A stretch of 46,351 nt of DNA from Dehalococcoidia bacterium (GTDB lineage: Bacteria > Chloroflexota > Dehalococcoidia > GIF9 > AB-539-J10), in NCBI GenBank assembly GCA_030615965.1, contig JAUWYE010000001.1, positions 1 to 46,351 of the forward strand, written 5' to 3'. Below are positions 7,292-16,303 of the stretch, in pieces (the stretch's first letter is position 1; each line of letters starts with the position of its first letter). Position numbers and translations under genes: made by a program. The notes beneath the pieces were generated by a model. That model had not been told where the DNA came from and searched no databases. It saw only the letters and a list, made by a program, of their open reading frames with translations.

Positions 7292-9499
7292 ACCTATCAA
7301 GATCATATCCAGAACATTGACATGGTCATCATTGTTCACATCACCAGTCCTGCTCGTGGTGACATTTCCATCGTTTACCGCGATAGGCATGGGATCTCCA
7401 TTTATATCACCTACTATGACATTTGATAAATCCAGTGTTGATGTTCCCTGTATATCCTTCGCTGTAAAGTTGATCACAGCAAACGTCCCTGGCGACGATA
7501 CTGTCTCTCCCGAAGCTGTGATAGTGCCAGCAACCCCTGTGATAGTACCAGCGCCATTATCTATTGTTCCGGGACTGAAATACGTGCTTGCTCCATTTTG
7601 GTTAAGCAGGTTTCCCTCCTCTACACTGACTGCTGTTATGAGGGAGGAATCAAAACTCAGGTCAAACTGCACCCCTGCTATGGCGACCTTTGGGTCTACA
7701 GTCACATTGACTGAGAAAGAGTCTCCGCATGTTACTTCTTGACTCGGAGGGGAGACCATTACTACGGTTACCTCTGCTGGTATCTCCTCAAAGTAGGCGG
7801 TAACGCTCTTATTGGAATTCATGGTCACTGTGGTTGGGTTTATGGCGTTATTGTCAGTGCCGCTCCAGTGGTCAAACTGCCATCCTGAGGCCGGGTTGGC
7901 AGTAAGGGTCACCACGGTCCCGGCATCAAATGTGCCACCACTGGGGTCAACACTGCCACTGCCTGATGGGCTGACACTTGTGGTCAGGGTATACTGGATC
8001 TTGATTACCTCTACTTTTTTCGGGCCAAAGACTCCAGGTGAGCCTCCAGTACGTGAATTCCTTTCATCGTTCCAAGCTTCTGGTGCTCCTGAATTGTCGA
8101 CCACATGAATTCCATACCAGTAAGTATCGGCAGAAGGATGACTGCTATCATTGAAATAACCAGAGGCGCTTTGGCCCGAAGCAGGTTTCGTATCTTGGGG
8201 ATTGGATGGCCAGTCGGGTTGGCCATCACCATTAACATCAACTGCGCGCCATAGCTCGACTCTATCCAAACCAACATCATCTGAAACAGAGTAGTAGATT
8301 CTGACAGCATCTCCTAAATTAATTGAAGTTTGTGAAACACTAAGGGATGTAACCTTTGGATAAAAGTGCCTTCTTGCTTCGGTGAGATATTGCTCATAGT
8401 TTCCATTCTTCCAAGCGCTCCATGGATTCCAGTTATTGCCATTATTAGAAATTTCCCTGGCAGCATTTGCATTGTAGTCTGGCTCAAATAGCTTGCACCT
8501 GTCATAATTTCCTCTAGGTGGAGTATGCCAATATGTGTTTATTTGCCATAATCCAATGGACATGTGTCCCGGCGCTGGGTTGTCTATGTCTCCACAAGCA
8601 GAGGGGTTTGCTCCGCTCTCCCCTGGTCGTGTACTCTCCGCTCTGGCTACAGCATAAGCTGTGACTCTTTTACTTTCCCCAGTCTGAGTACCACCTAAGC
8701 AGTCAGGGTAGGGGAAATGGCTTCTTACTAAAGCTGCGAGTTCATTACCTGACAAAGCACCTCTGTCCCAGCATGAATATGGACATGGCGTCACTTTCTC
8801 AAGGTAATCTTCAGCCGACCAGCCAACCCTGCCACCGCCATAGTCGACCTTCCAGAACCAATAGCATCCAGATACATCTTTCACAGCCCCGTACTTCGGC
8901 CCAGCCAAGATTTTGCCTTCGGTGCCCTGAGATACGGCTCCCAGCTCATTCAACTCAGGCGGCTCAGACCTGTATTTCACCCCTACGCTTGGGGTGACCC
9001 GAATGGTGTCCCCGATACTGAACTTCGTCGAGGGGGTGATGTACTTGTCCTTAAGTCCCTCTTGAACTGAGTAGCCTTGGATGCCATCACAATAGCGCAC
9101 CTCTACCCAGCACCAGCCATTGGCAGGGATTGGATTTGCGTCGAGGATCACACCGACAGCACCATTGGACTCGCACTTATATGAGGTGTAGCCTGTGCCG
9201 GGTCCAGATCTGACGTTTAGGCAGGGATCTGGAGAGGCATCAACCACTACTGTATCCCCCTTGCTGAATTTTGCTGTACAAGAGCTTGTAGAACCCACAA
9301 CTCCAAGCGGTGCACTTTGATCTGCAAAGGATACGTGCATCTCGCTCGTCACAGGTAGCTGATGTACGGAGTCATCTAACGATGGCGAGGCCAAGCCAAT
9401 GCCGCCAAGCATCGCCCCAATCATCACAAACAGAAGTGCAATCCCGAAGATTTTGCCTACCAATTTGCCTTTTTTCATTGACGCACTTCCCTTGTCCAC
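7181..9499 (-). CDS. secreted SH3b x2 / lysozyme-like (SLT) / beta-sandwich / cohesin / dockerin protein
   Basis: N-terminal hydrophobic segment KIFGIALLFVMIGAMLGG. Two SH3b-like segments (KFSKGDTVVVDASPDPCLNVRSGPGTGY; KFSIGDTIRVTPSVGVKYRSEP). Transglycosylase-like ARAESTRPG...HMSIGLWQINTYWH. Repeat YTLTTSVSPSGSGSVDPSGGTFDAGTVVTLTANPASGWQFDHWSG. The cohesin module is about 75 percent identical (hand count, 83 of 111) to that of 1554..3365. C-terminal dockerin present. The ATG of MKKGKLV at 9478 is a likelier start than GTG at 9499. Confidence 0.75.
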   Translation of the reverse strand: MDKGSASMKKGKLVGKIFGIALLFVMIGAMLGGIGLASPSLDDSVHQLPVTSEMHVSFADQSAPLGVVGSTSSCTAKFSKGDTVVVDASPDPCLNVRSGPGTGYTSYKCESNGAVGVILDANPIPANGWCWVEVRYCDGIQGYSVQEGLKDKYITPSTKFSIGDTIRVTPSVGVKYRSEPPELNELGAVSQGTEGKILAGPKYGAVKDVSGCYWFWKVDYGGGRVGWSAEDYLEKVTPCPYSCWDRGALSGNELAALVRSHFPYPDCLGGTQTGESKRVTAYAVARAESTRPGESGANPSACGDIDNPAPGHMSIGLWQINTYWHTPPRGNYDRCKLFEPDYNANAAREISNNGNNWNPWSAWKNGNYEQYLTEARRHFYPKVTSLSVSQTSINLGDAVRIYYSVSDDVGLDRVELWRAVDVNGDGQPDWPSNPQDTKPASGQSASGYFNDSSHPSADTYWYGIHVVDNSGAPEAWNDERNSRTGGSPGVFGPKKVEVIKIQYTLTTSVSPSGSGSVDPSGGTFDAGTVVTLTANPASGWQFDHWSGTDNNAINPTTVTMNSNKSVTAYFEEIPAEVTVVMVSPPSQEVTCGDSFSVNVTVDPKVAIAGVQFDLSFDSSLITAVSVEEGNLLNQNGASTYFSPGTIDNGAGTITGVAGTITASGETVSSPGTFAVINFTAKDIQGTSTLDLSNVIVGDINGDPMPIAVNDGNVTTSRTGDVNNDDHVNVLDMILIGQHWGETGSPGWILQDVKKDGVINVLDMIIIGQHWTG

Positions 9500-10060
9500 T
9501 CTTTTATGTTTACCCTCGCGCTTCGATAAACTGCGGGCAGGCTCTTATCTTTCCTCTTCAAAGGAAAAACAATTGCCTCGACTATGCTTGGCAATGACCT
9601 TGGCTTTCGAAGAAAAGGAGAGATTTTGCTGTGGTAGGAAGAAAGAGCCCAGCTCACCTGTCTACATGTGCTGAACCGAACATGGTAGGAAGTATGACAA
9701 TTCCCTGACGCGCCCACTTGACCACCAACCCTATGTTGGTCTTAAAATAATATTTCTTAAAGAGACTATTTTTGTAAAGGCTATTATGCCGTTATCTTAA
9801 GGAATTGTCAATAGTTTTTGTGCGGTGTCCAAAGCATACTATAGAGTTAAGGAGCAACAAAACGTCAGAATGTGCAATGATATACAACTTGGACAATTGT
9901 TAATTGGTTCGATGCAGGGAATTACGATCTCAAAGAGCAGGCAAGAAGGGATTGTAATAGAGCCCCCAGGAAGCAGGCCAGCTACCTCTGAAATATCTAT
10001 TAATTCTGAAGGCTTGACTGTCCCACTTTTGCTGACTACATACACACTTTGGCAGTGATT

Positions 10061-12004
10061 TTAATCGGCGACTCTACTCCACTTGAAGACACCGCTAGTG
10101 GTTCCGGCATAGACTACTTGAGGGTTAGTAGGATCAATAACCAAAGATCGGACTTTGAAATCTGTAAGGCCTTCATTCATAGGCCTCCATGTATCACCCC
10201 GATCGATACTATTAAAGATACCGTCTTTCTCCGTTCCTACATATATGGTTTGAGAGTTAGATGGGTCAATAGCTATAGAGTGGACATTAACATCGGTGAT
10301 TCCCTCACTACTTTCTGTCCAGTTTTTACCTCCGTCAGTGCTCTTGAAAAGGCCATCATCGGTTCCCACATAGATTGTCTGGGGGTCAGCAGGATCAATG
10401 GCCAAAGCTTTCCTAATATTGATGGTGGGAAGTCCTTCACTAATGGGTTCCCAGTTGAATCCTCCGTCAGTACTTTTGAAAACTCCTCCCCAGGTACCAA
10501 CATAGATGGTATTTGGGTTGGTAAAATCGACAGCTAAAACATTAGCCCAAGGGCTGGTGAGCCCTTCATTCATGGATCTCCAACGTTTGCCCCCTTGAGT
10601 GCTCTTAAAGACTCCGCCCCCCATCGTTGCTACGTAGATAACCTGTGGATCACAAGGGTCTATGGCCATATGATTAATATAAAGATTAGTGAGTCCGTCG
10701 TTAAACGCCTCCCAGGTTTTACCTCCATCAGTGGTTTTGAAGACGCCTCCTCCATCAGTTCCTACGTAAAGAATATTCGGATTAGTAGAATCAATAACCA
10801 CACATTGTAAGTAAGCTATGTCTATCCCGATGTTAAACGCCTCCCAGGTTTTACCTCCACCAGTGGTTTTATATATCCCACCTCCGAAAGTTCCAGCATA
10901 GATAGTCTGCGGATTGACAGGATCTACAGCTAATCCTAGAGGCGAAATAGAAGCATATAAGAGAAGGCCTTTATTTCTTGGTTCCCAGTTGGATCCTCCG
11001 TCAGTACTTTTGAAAACTCCTTCCCAGGTACCAACATAAATAGTTTGTGGATTAGTGGGGTCTATAGCTACAGTCTTAGTGTAAGTAGTAGTGAGACCTT
11101 TGTTAGAAGAATACCAAGTAACACCCTTATCAGTGCTTTTGAAAACTTTATCCCAACTTGCCACGTAAACAATCCCAGTGATTAGATCAATAGTTATACC
11201 TCGGATATAAGGGCTGGTAACTCCTTCGCTTGCATTCCAAGCGACTCCTCCATTCGTGCTCTTGAAAAGCCCTCTACCATCAGTCCCAGCATAGATAGTC
11301 TGAGTATCTACTGGATCAATGCAAAGAGAAATGATACCGAAACCCTCGGGAAGGCCAAAGGTACTTGGTTCCCAAGTGCTTCCCCCATCAGTACTCTTAA
11401 AGACACCGCCACCTCCCTCACCCCAGAGAGCGCCAGCATAAAGAGTTTGAGGATTAGTAGGGTCAACGGCCAAAGCCCAGATGTCCAACATGGCGATCCC
11501 CTCATTGCTTGCTTGCCAAGTGTCTCCTCCGTTCGTGCTTTTAAATACCCCAAATTGTGATCCAGCATAGATAGTCTGCGGATTGATAGGATCTATTACT
11601 ACAGACCAGATATGCTCAGACTCGAGGCCTTCGTTGATGGATTCCCACGTCTCACCTCCATTTGTCGTTTTGAACATTCCTTCACCAATGGTTCCAGCAT
11701 AAAGAGTCTGAGGGTTTAAAGAATCTATCGCCATACATAATATAATGGGCGTAGTTAAGCCGGTGTTAATAGACTTCCAAGTGTTACCTCCATCAATACT
11801 TTTATAAACTCCTCCGCCGTCAATTCCAAAGAAGATAGTCTCAGGCTCGATTGGATCGATGATCAAAGTCGCAGGATTAGAACCGTATGGTCCATTGAGT
11901 TTGACCCATTGCCACGGAATAGGTTCTGGTATACATCCAGCAATAGGCAATCCAACTCCAACAATCAGAGCGATAGCTATCAAAACATATGATATTCGTT
12001 TCAA
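10061..12004 (-). CDS. BNR/Asp-box beta-propeller repeat lipoprotein (Ycf48/sortilin/xyloglucanase-like)
   Basis: Lipoprotein signal LPIAGC. At least 13 tandem repeats of about 44 aa with Asp-box-like cores (VFKSTDGGKTW, LFKSTNGGVAW, IYKTTGGGKTW, FKTTNGGETW), flanked by TIYAGT/IYVGT strands. Confidence 0.8.
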   Translation of the reverse strand: MKRISYVLIAIALIVGVGLPIAGCIPEPIPWQWVKLNGPYGSNPATLIIDPIEPETIFFGIDGGGVYKSIDGGNTWKSINTGLTTPIILCMAIDSLNPQTLYAGTIGEGMFKTTNGGETWESINEGLESEHIWSVVIDPINPQTIYAGSQFGVFKSTNGGDTWQASNEGIAMLDIWALAVDPTNPQTLYAGALWGEGGGGVFKSTDGGSTWEPSTFGLPEGFGIISLCIDPVDTQTIYAGTDGRGLFKSTNGGVAWNASEGVTSPYIRGITIDLITGIVYVASWDKVFKSTDKGVTWYSSNKGLTTTYTKTVAIDPTNPQTIYVGTWEGVFKSTDGGSNWEPRNKGLLLYASISPLGLAVDPVNPQTIYAGTFGGGIYKTTGGGKTWEAFNIGIDIAYLQCVVIDSTNPNILYVGTDGGGVFKTTDGGKTWEAFNDGLTNLYINHMAIDPCDPQVIYVATMGGGVFKSTQGGKRWRSMNEGLTSPWANVLAVDFTNPNTIYVGTWGGVFKSTDGGFNWEPISEGLPTINIRKALAIDPADPQTIYVGTDDGLFKSTDGGKNWTESSEGITDVNVHSIAIDPSNSQTIYVGTEKDGIFNSIDRGDTWRPMNEGLTDFKVRSLVIDPTNPQVVYAGTTSGVFKWSRVAD

Positions 12005-12580
12005 TTAGGAACCTTCTTTTGCAAATTCAGCTTTCTTAAGTTTACCACAATTCTTTAAACTGTCCATGCCAAGCACAAAAGTCAGAATTGTTCAACTGGA
12101 TGCTGCTCTTGAGTAGCAACCGAATCGCTTATTGCTTGTCGCTCGTCTCTTAGTCCTCGACCCTATTCTCTCTATCCGTCATACTCTGTCGCATGTCGTA
12201 TGTCGCTTATCGAATATATTCTATGCCCCATCTTTCATACTCCCTGCTCCCTGCTCTCCGCCCCCTACTCCTGCTCTTCGCTCTATGCTCTACGATCTCT
12301 GCTCCCTGTTCGCCGCTCCCCGCTCTTCACTGCATAGTGCATGCTCTTTGATGCAAAAGAGCGACAGAGCGAAGAGCGGGGGGGGGCAGGATCAGATCAA
12401 CTGAGGGAGGTATTTCGCAGGCAACAGAACCATGGTCTGTGCACTCGCTTGTCCCGGTCAATACAGAACGAGGAACTAAACAAATGGTTATGTGCAACCA
12501 ATTCTGGATTGTGATGCAATTCTATTGGTAATGCCAACTGTGAACACTAAAACTGGATACCGGCTTACTTACCCAGTTTC

Positions 12581-12739
12581 TGGAACCACGTATTGGAACA
12601 TGGAACTGGAAGTGCGAAGTCACAGATTACAACTTATCAGCTACGAGTTTTAAGTTCCAAGTTCCAAGTGTAAGTTAGAAGCTACAACGAAGCTACAACT
12701 CAGAAGTTAGCAGTTCAAACCTGGAACTGGAACGGGAAC
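12581..12739. repeat. cluster of TGGAAC / GTTCCA hexamers with short tandem duplications
   Basis: TGGAAC at 12581, 12594, 12601, 12722 and 12728. Variants TGGAAG at 12607 and GGGAAC at 12734. Inverted GTTCCA at 12654 and 12661. An 11-bp tandem GAAGCTACAAC x2 at 12678-12699. The region is gene-free. Confidence 0.6.
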
Positions 12740-13094
12740 AAGGGAGCAAATCTTGAAGGCATAATCTGGCTGACTATTAGGTCACAAAACGATGGAATGT
12801 TCACGGTGACATACATGATTCTACCTAGCCTAGGTACTAGGCACTTACGTTGGTGAGGTATGATCCAATGTTATATAATCACAGCTAGAATTAGGGTAGT
12901 AGTCACACGATAGATAGGTGAATCATCCATGGGCAAGAGACGGTGCAGTTCATTTTGGCTAACGGTCACATGAATCTATTGCGGGAAGTCCGACCTCCAG
13001 TAGGCTTGCCTTCCGCTTAGAGCATGGTATGATCAAGAAATATCTGTCATACATCGTATCATCCCTAAGTTAGCCATTACACAGGACCGGCCGA

Positions 13095-13898
13095 TTAAAC
13101 TCTGTTTGCTAAACTCTGAATAGTACTAATCAAAGAGTCGAAATCATGGATCTTGCGGACGAAATGATATGTCTTTTTTGTATAACCCACCTTATGTCCG
13201 CCTTCATAGTCTCCTGCTCTATGCATACGTTCATATACAGTTTTGCCGAGGGCAGTTTCTAGTTTGTCCCATAAAATGCACTTTAGGCACGGGAAATCTA
13301 TCCAGTGTACTATTAGATTCTCAGCACTAGGGTAGATTTTTTTTGCTACTTGGATTTCATTTGCGCATTTCTCCACGTCAACAGTTAAAGAACCGTCATA
13401 ACACTCTGTATTGGGTGAGACAAATTGCCTAGCCTTAATGAATGGAGCATTGTGATATTTTATCTCAAGCAAAACTGTGACATCCTTCTTCCTGTTCTTA
13501 ATCCCTATATCAGGTAATCGCATATCCACTGTGGCAGCATCAAAAGCATCAATGTGCAGGCTCTTTAAGAATTCTCTAAATGGTTCCTCAAAACGTACTC
13601 CGGTAATAGTATCCTGACTTTTGCTAAGATCTGACCGTTGCTCCAAGAAGAATGGCATGCACTTCTCACATATTGCAGCTAAGCCTGGGATTTTCACCTG
13701 CATTTCCTCACAGGTAGTTACTTTTGATTTACCATGGTTTTCAGTGTACATTTTCTGATAGCATAGCAGATTCACCTCGTTAGGCGGTTTCAGAAATGTC
13801 TCATAGACAACTCCATCAAGTTGTGTCCTTAAACTGTTAGCCATATCCTTTGAGTGTTTAAGTAGTTTCTCATAGTAATCATGTGACTTGTCGCTCAT
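13095..13898 (-). CDS. putative PD-(D/E)xK nuclease, third gene of the R-M-like operon
   Basis: It sits 23 nt downstream of the methyltransferase. Core RLPDIGIKNRKKDVTVLLEIKY (D ... E-x-K). Cys cluster CEEMQVKIPGLAAICEKC. I did not recognise a family. Confidence 0.5.
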   Translation of the reverse strand: MSDKSHDYYEKLLKHSKDMANSLRTQLDGVVYETFLKPPNEVNLLCYQKMYTENHGKSKVTTCEEMQVKIPGLAAICEKCMPFFLEQRSDLSKSQDTITGVRFEEPFREFLKSLHIDAFDAATVDMRLPDIGIKNRKKDVTVLLEIKYHNAPFIKARQFVSPNTECYDGSLTVDVEKCANEIQVAKKIYPSAENLIVHWIDFPCLKCILWDKLETALGKTVYERMHRAGDYEGGHKVGYTKKTYHFVRKIHDFDSLISTIQSLANRV

Positions 13899-13921
13899 TA
13901 CCGCTCCTCCATTGTTCTCGT

Positions 13922-16303
13922 CTAACCTAGTCGTTTCAGAGAGAAAATCGGCTCTCTTGCGAGTATACCATAGATAGGGGTGAGATCCTTTGTTTCCCCA
14001 GTGACTATTTTGACCGTTTCTTGGTCAACCTCGTAACGCCAGCCTTGCTTTTGCACCGCTTGTTGGAATTGGATAGGAAGCGGAGGTAACTCTTGCTGAC
14101 CAAACTGGGCAAAAACGTGCAAAAGGCCCCGCGTCTGTGTCGCTGTCAGCTTTGTGACATCCAGCAAGGGTAACAAGCGTAGTGTCTCACTTTTAAGCCC
14201 GACCCAAGGTCCTTCAGTGTCTTCCCGGAACGCGAGCCAAGACAGCACCCCAGGAGTCGTGTTTAACCAGAGAACTTGGATATTTTCATGTTCCTTGGAC
14301 ACTAGGGCCTTACCGTCGCTACTGAGAACCGGTTTAAGTGTCACAGGCCACCACTCGGAAGCTAGAGCTAGTTCAGAAAGCTCCACAGCCATTAGCCGCA
14401 TCGTGTTCAGCCGTAACCTTTCCGCCACCATTAAACAGCCTCTTCTAGCCCAGAGAGTGGTCGCCTGTTGCCCCTTTCCGGGGTTTACTTCCATCCAAGC
14501 ATTCGGAGCCGTAGCTAGGGTTTTCATAATAGCAGAGTCATGTCCCCACAAAGCGGGGTAGGAAGTCTTGTGCTGGACTTTTCGGAATTCCTTCATCCTG
14601 TGGGGCCTATCGCTACCAATCTTGTCAGCAATTTCCTCTAGGCTTATGGTAGAAAAGGAAAGCAAGCTCGTTTCCCCGGGCACACGGAATTGCCCTGTGG
14701 TAACAAAGAAATGAGTAATACGGTTAAGTGCAGTCTGGGCGAACGGGGCTAGCTGTCCCCAGGTGTCTACGGAATCAGCCAAGGTGGAAGGCGAAACGGC
14801 ATATGCCTCACCCAGCTTTTCTTCTCCAATCATCAAGTCTTGGTGGCTGGCATTAGCGTTTTCCAACACATCGTAGGCACTGGTATGCGTTGCCAAAGTC
14901 TTGCTGAGCTCGACAAATTTTCCTGAGACCACAATTGACTCCATCTCGTTCCTGGGTTTTCGCCAGAGATTCGCCACGATTGTTCTCACTCGAGGCTCGT
15001 CCGCATCTTCAGCTCGTTTTCTAGCAACCAGCAGGATTTCACTCAGGCTCGTATTCTCACTGAAATTCCAGTCATTGGGAGCCTGGTGACTGGTAATTAT
15101 CAATTCAATGTTATACTTATCAAGCAGGAGTTCCCTCGCCTTTCTCCAGGCTAGTCCCGATAGAAGAGTGCGAGGTATCACCAGGGCAAGTCGTCCTCCG
15201 TTGTGAAGACATCTGTCCGCCACAGCTATGAAAACCGCACCTAGCCCTGCTTGCCCAATACCCGAGAGTTTTCTTTTGTTAAGTAGTTTGGAAAGATGGC
15301 TTTGAAGCTGACGTCGCTGAGCCTTCGGCAAAGCACCAAAGAGCAGATTGCCGCCCATGCTCCGAGTAAAGGGCGGATTCATAATAACAAGGTCAAGGTC
15401 TTCTACAGTTAACGGTGAGAGTTCAGCGACAGATATACCTTTCTTTTCCGGTGCAGCGACTATCTCACCCGTCAAAGCTATGGCCGGTGTTAGTTGTTTG
15501 GATTCGAGGAGATCAACGCTTCCTAGTCGCGGCTTCGTGCCTTCGGCGGTTAGCGGAAGCGCATAAATTTTTGTCGTGCCGAATATAGACGAGGGATTGT
15601 GAAGAGCAAGGGTAACAGCAGAGAGGTGAGCAGCAAAACCCAGGACGTCTAGGCCGAGAAAGACTTTTTCAAGCAGCACCTTGTGCAGTTCCTTGGGATG
15701 AGCCTCTAAGTCATGCTCAGCTGAGGTTGTTACATGCTTATCTAGGATTGCGCTGTAAGCAGCGGATAGCAGTGTGCCGGATCCACAGGCTAAATCTCCC
15801 GCCCCGAAGTTAGCAATGCTATCAACATTTGCCCATTCAAAGCGCCAGTGGTCGTTAGGAGCGTCCAGTGAAAAACGAGCCAAAAGATAAGCCGCCGGAA
15901 CGCTAGTGTAGTACGTCGCTTGGTATTTGGCGATGTCACTCATGAGTAACCGATGATATATACGTCCCATAAGGTCGTGACGGAGAAGCGCTCTAGAAGA
16001 GGCAATTTTCTGAGCTTCTATAGCCAGGACCTTGAGAGCATCCTCAACGCCAGGTGAAGCGGGTATCGCGTTTATGAGATCTAACGCCATCTTAAAAATA
16101 GGTACGTAGTTCTTTCTGAGAATCTTCTCCCAGGCATTGGCAAAGCTGATTTTGAAGGGCAGTTGCGAAAGTGATGAGGCAAGTGTAGGAATATCACGGT
16201 CACTCCTGGCTAACACCTCCTGGAATAGCATAGCATCCACGAGGGTAAGTTCCCCCATCTTAATTATGGATACTAATTCACTCGCCTTTTTCTGGTTCTT
16301 CAT
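13922..16303 (-). CDS. N6-adenine DNA methyltransferase (gamma class) with a large C-terminal TRD-like region (MmeI/PglX-like body)
   Basis: Motif order: ...KYQATYYTSVPAAYLLA..., motif I FGAGDLACGSGTLLSAAY, motif IV VIMNPPFTRS. About 480 aa follow NPPF. There is no N-terminal nuclease domain. Confidence 0.85.
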   Translation of the reverse strand: MKNQKKASELVSIIKMGELTLVDAMLFQEVLARSDRDIPTLASSLSQLPFKISFANAWEKILRKNYVPIFKMALDLINAIPASPGVEDALKVLAIEAQKIASSRALLRHDLMGRIYHRLLMSDIAKYQATYYTSVPAAYLLARFSLDAPNDHWRFEWANVDSIANFGAGDLACGSGTLLSAAYSAILDKHVTTSAEHDLEAHPKELHKVLLEKVFLGLDVLGFAAHLSAVTLALHNPSSIFGTTKIYALPLTAEGTKPRLGSVDLLESKQLTPAIALTGEIVAAPEKKGISVAELSPLTVEDLDLVIMNPPFTRSMGGNLLFGALPKAQRRQLQSHLSKLLNKRKLSGIGQAGLGAVFIAVADRCLHNGGRLALVIPRTLLSGLAWRKARELLLDKYNIELIITSHQAPNDWNFSENTSLSEILLVARKRAEDADEPRVRTIVANLWRKPRNEMESIVVSGKFVELSKTLATHTSAYDVLENANASHQDLMIGEEKLGEAYAVSPSTLADSVDTWGQLAPFAQTALNRITHFFVTTGQFRVPGETSLLSFSTISLEEIADKIGSDRPHRMKEFRKVQHKTSYPALWGHDSAIMKTLATAPNAWMEVNPGKGQQATTLWARRGCLMVAERLRLNTMRLMAVELSELALASEWWPVTLKPVLSSDGKALVSKEHENIQVLWLNTTPGVLSWLAFREDTEGPWVGLKSETLRLLPLLDVTKLTATQTRGLLHVFAQFGQQELPPLPIQFQQAVQKQGWRYEVDQETVKIVTGETKDLTPIYGILAREPIFSLKRLG

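Noticed and set aside
12066-12116. Short ORF MPSTKVRIVQLDAALE*, considered as the displaced 5' fragment of comM
   Set aside because: The spacing of its few matching residues does not fit the ComM N-terminal pattern. There is no continuation and no shared junction sequence with 38737-38830.
12132-12404. 90-aa ORF in the gene-free gap
   Set aside because: It is a Pro/Ser/Leu/Cys-rich translation of the pyrimidine-rich low-complexity tract. It has no RBS and is treated as non-coding.
3371-12739. Repeats considered as possible CRISPR arrays (the dockerin repeat and the TGGAAC cluster)
   Set aside because: There are only two dockerin copies, both inside coding sequence. The hexamer cluster lacks regular repeat-spacer periodicity, and no cas genes are present.
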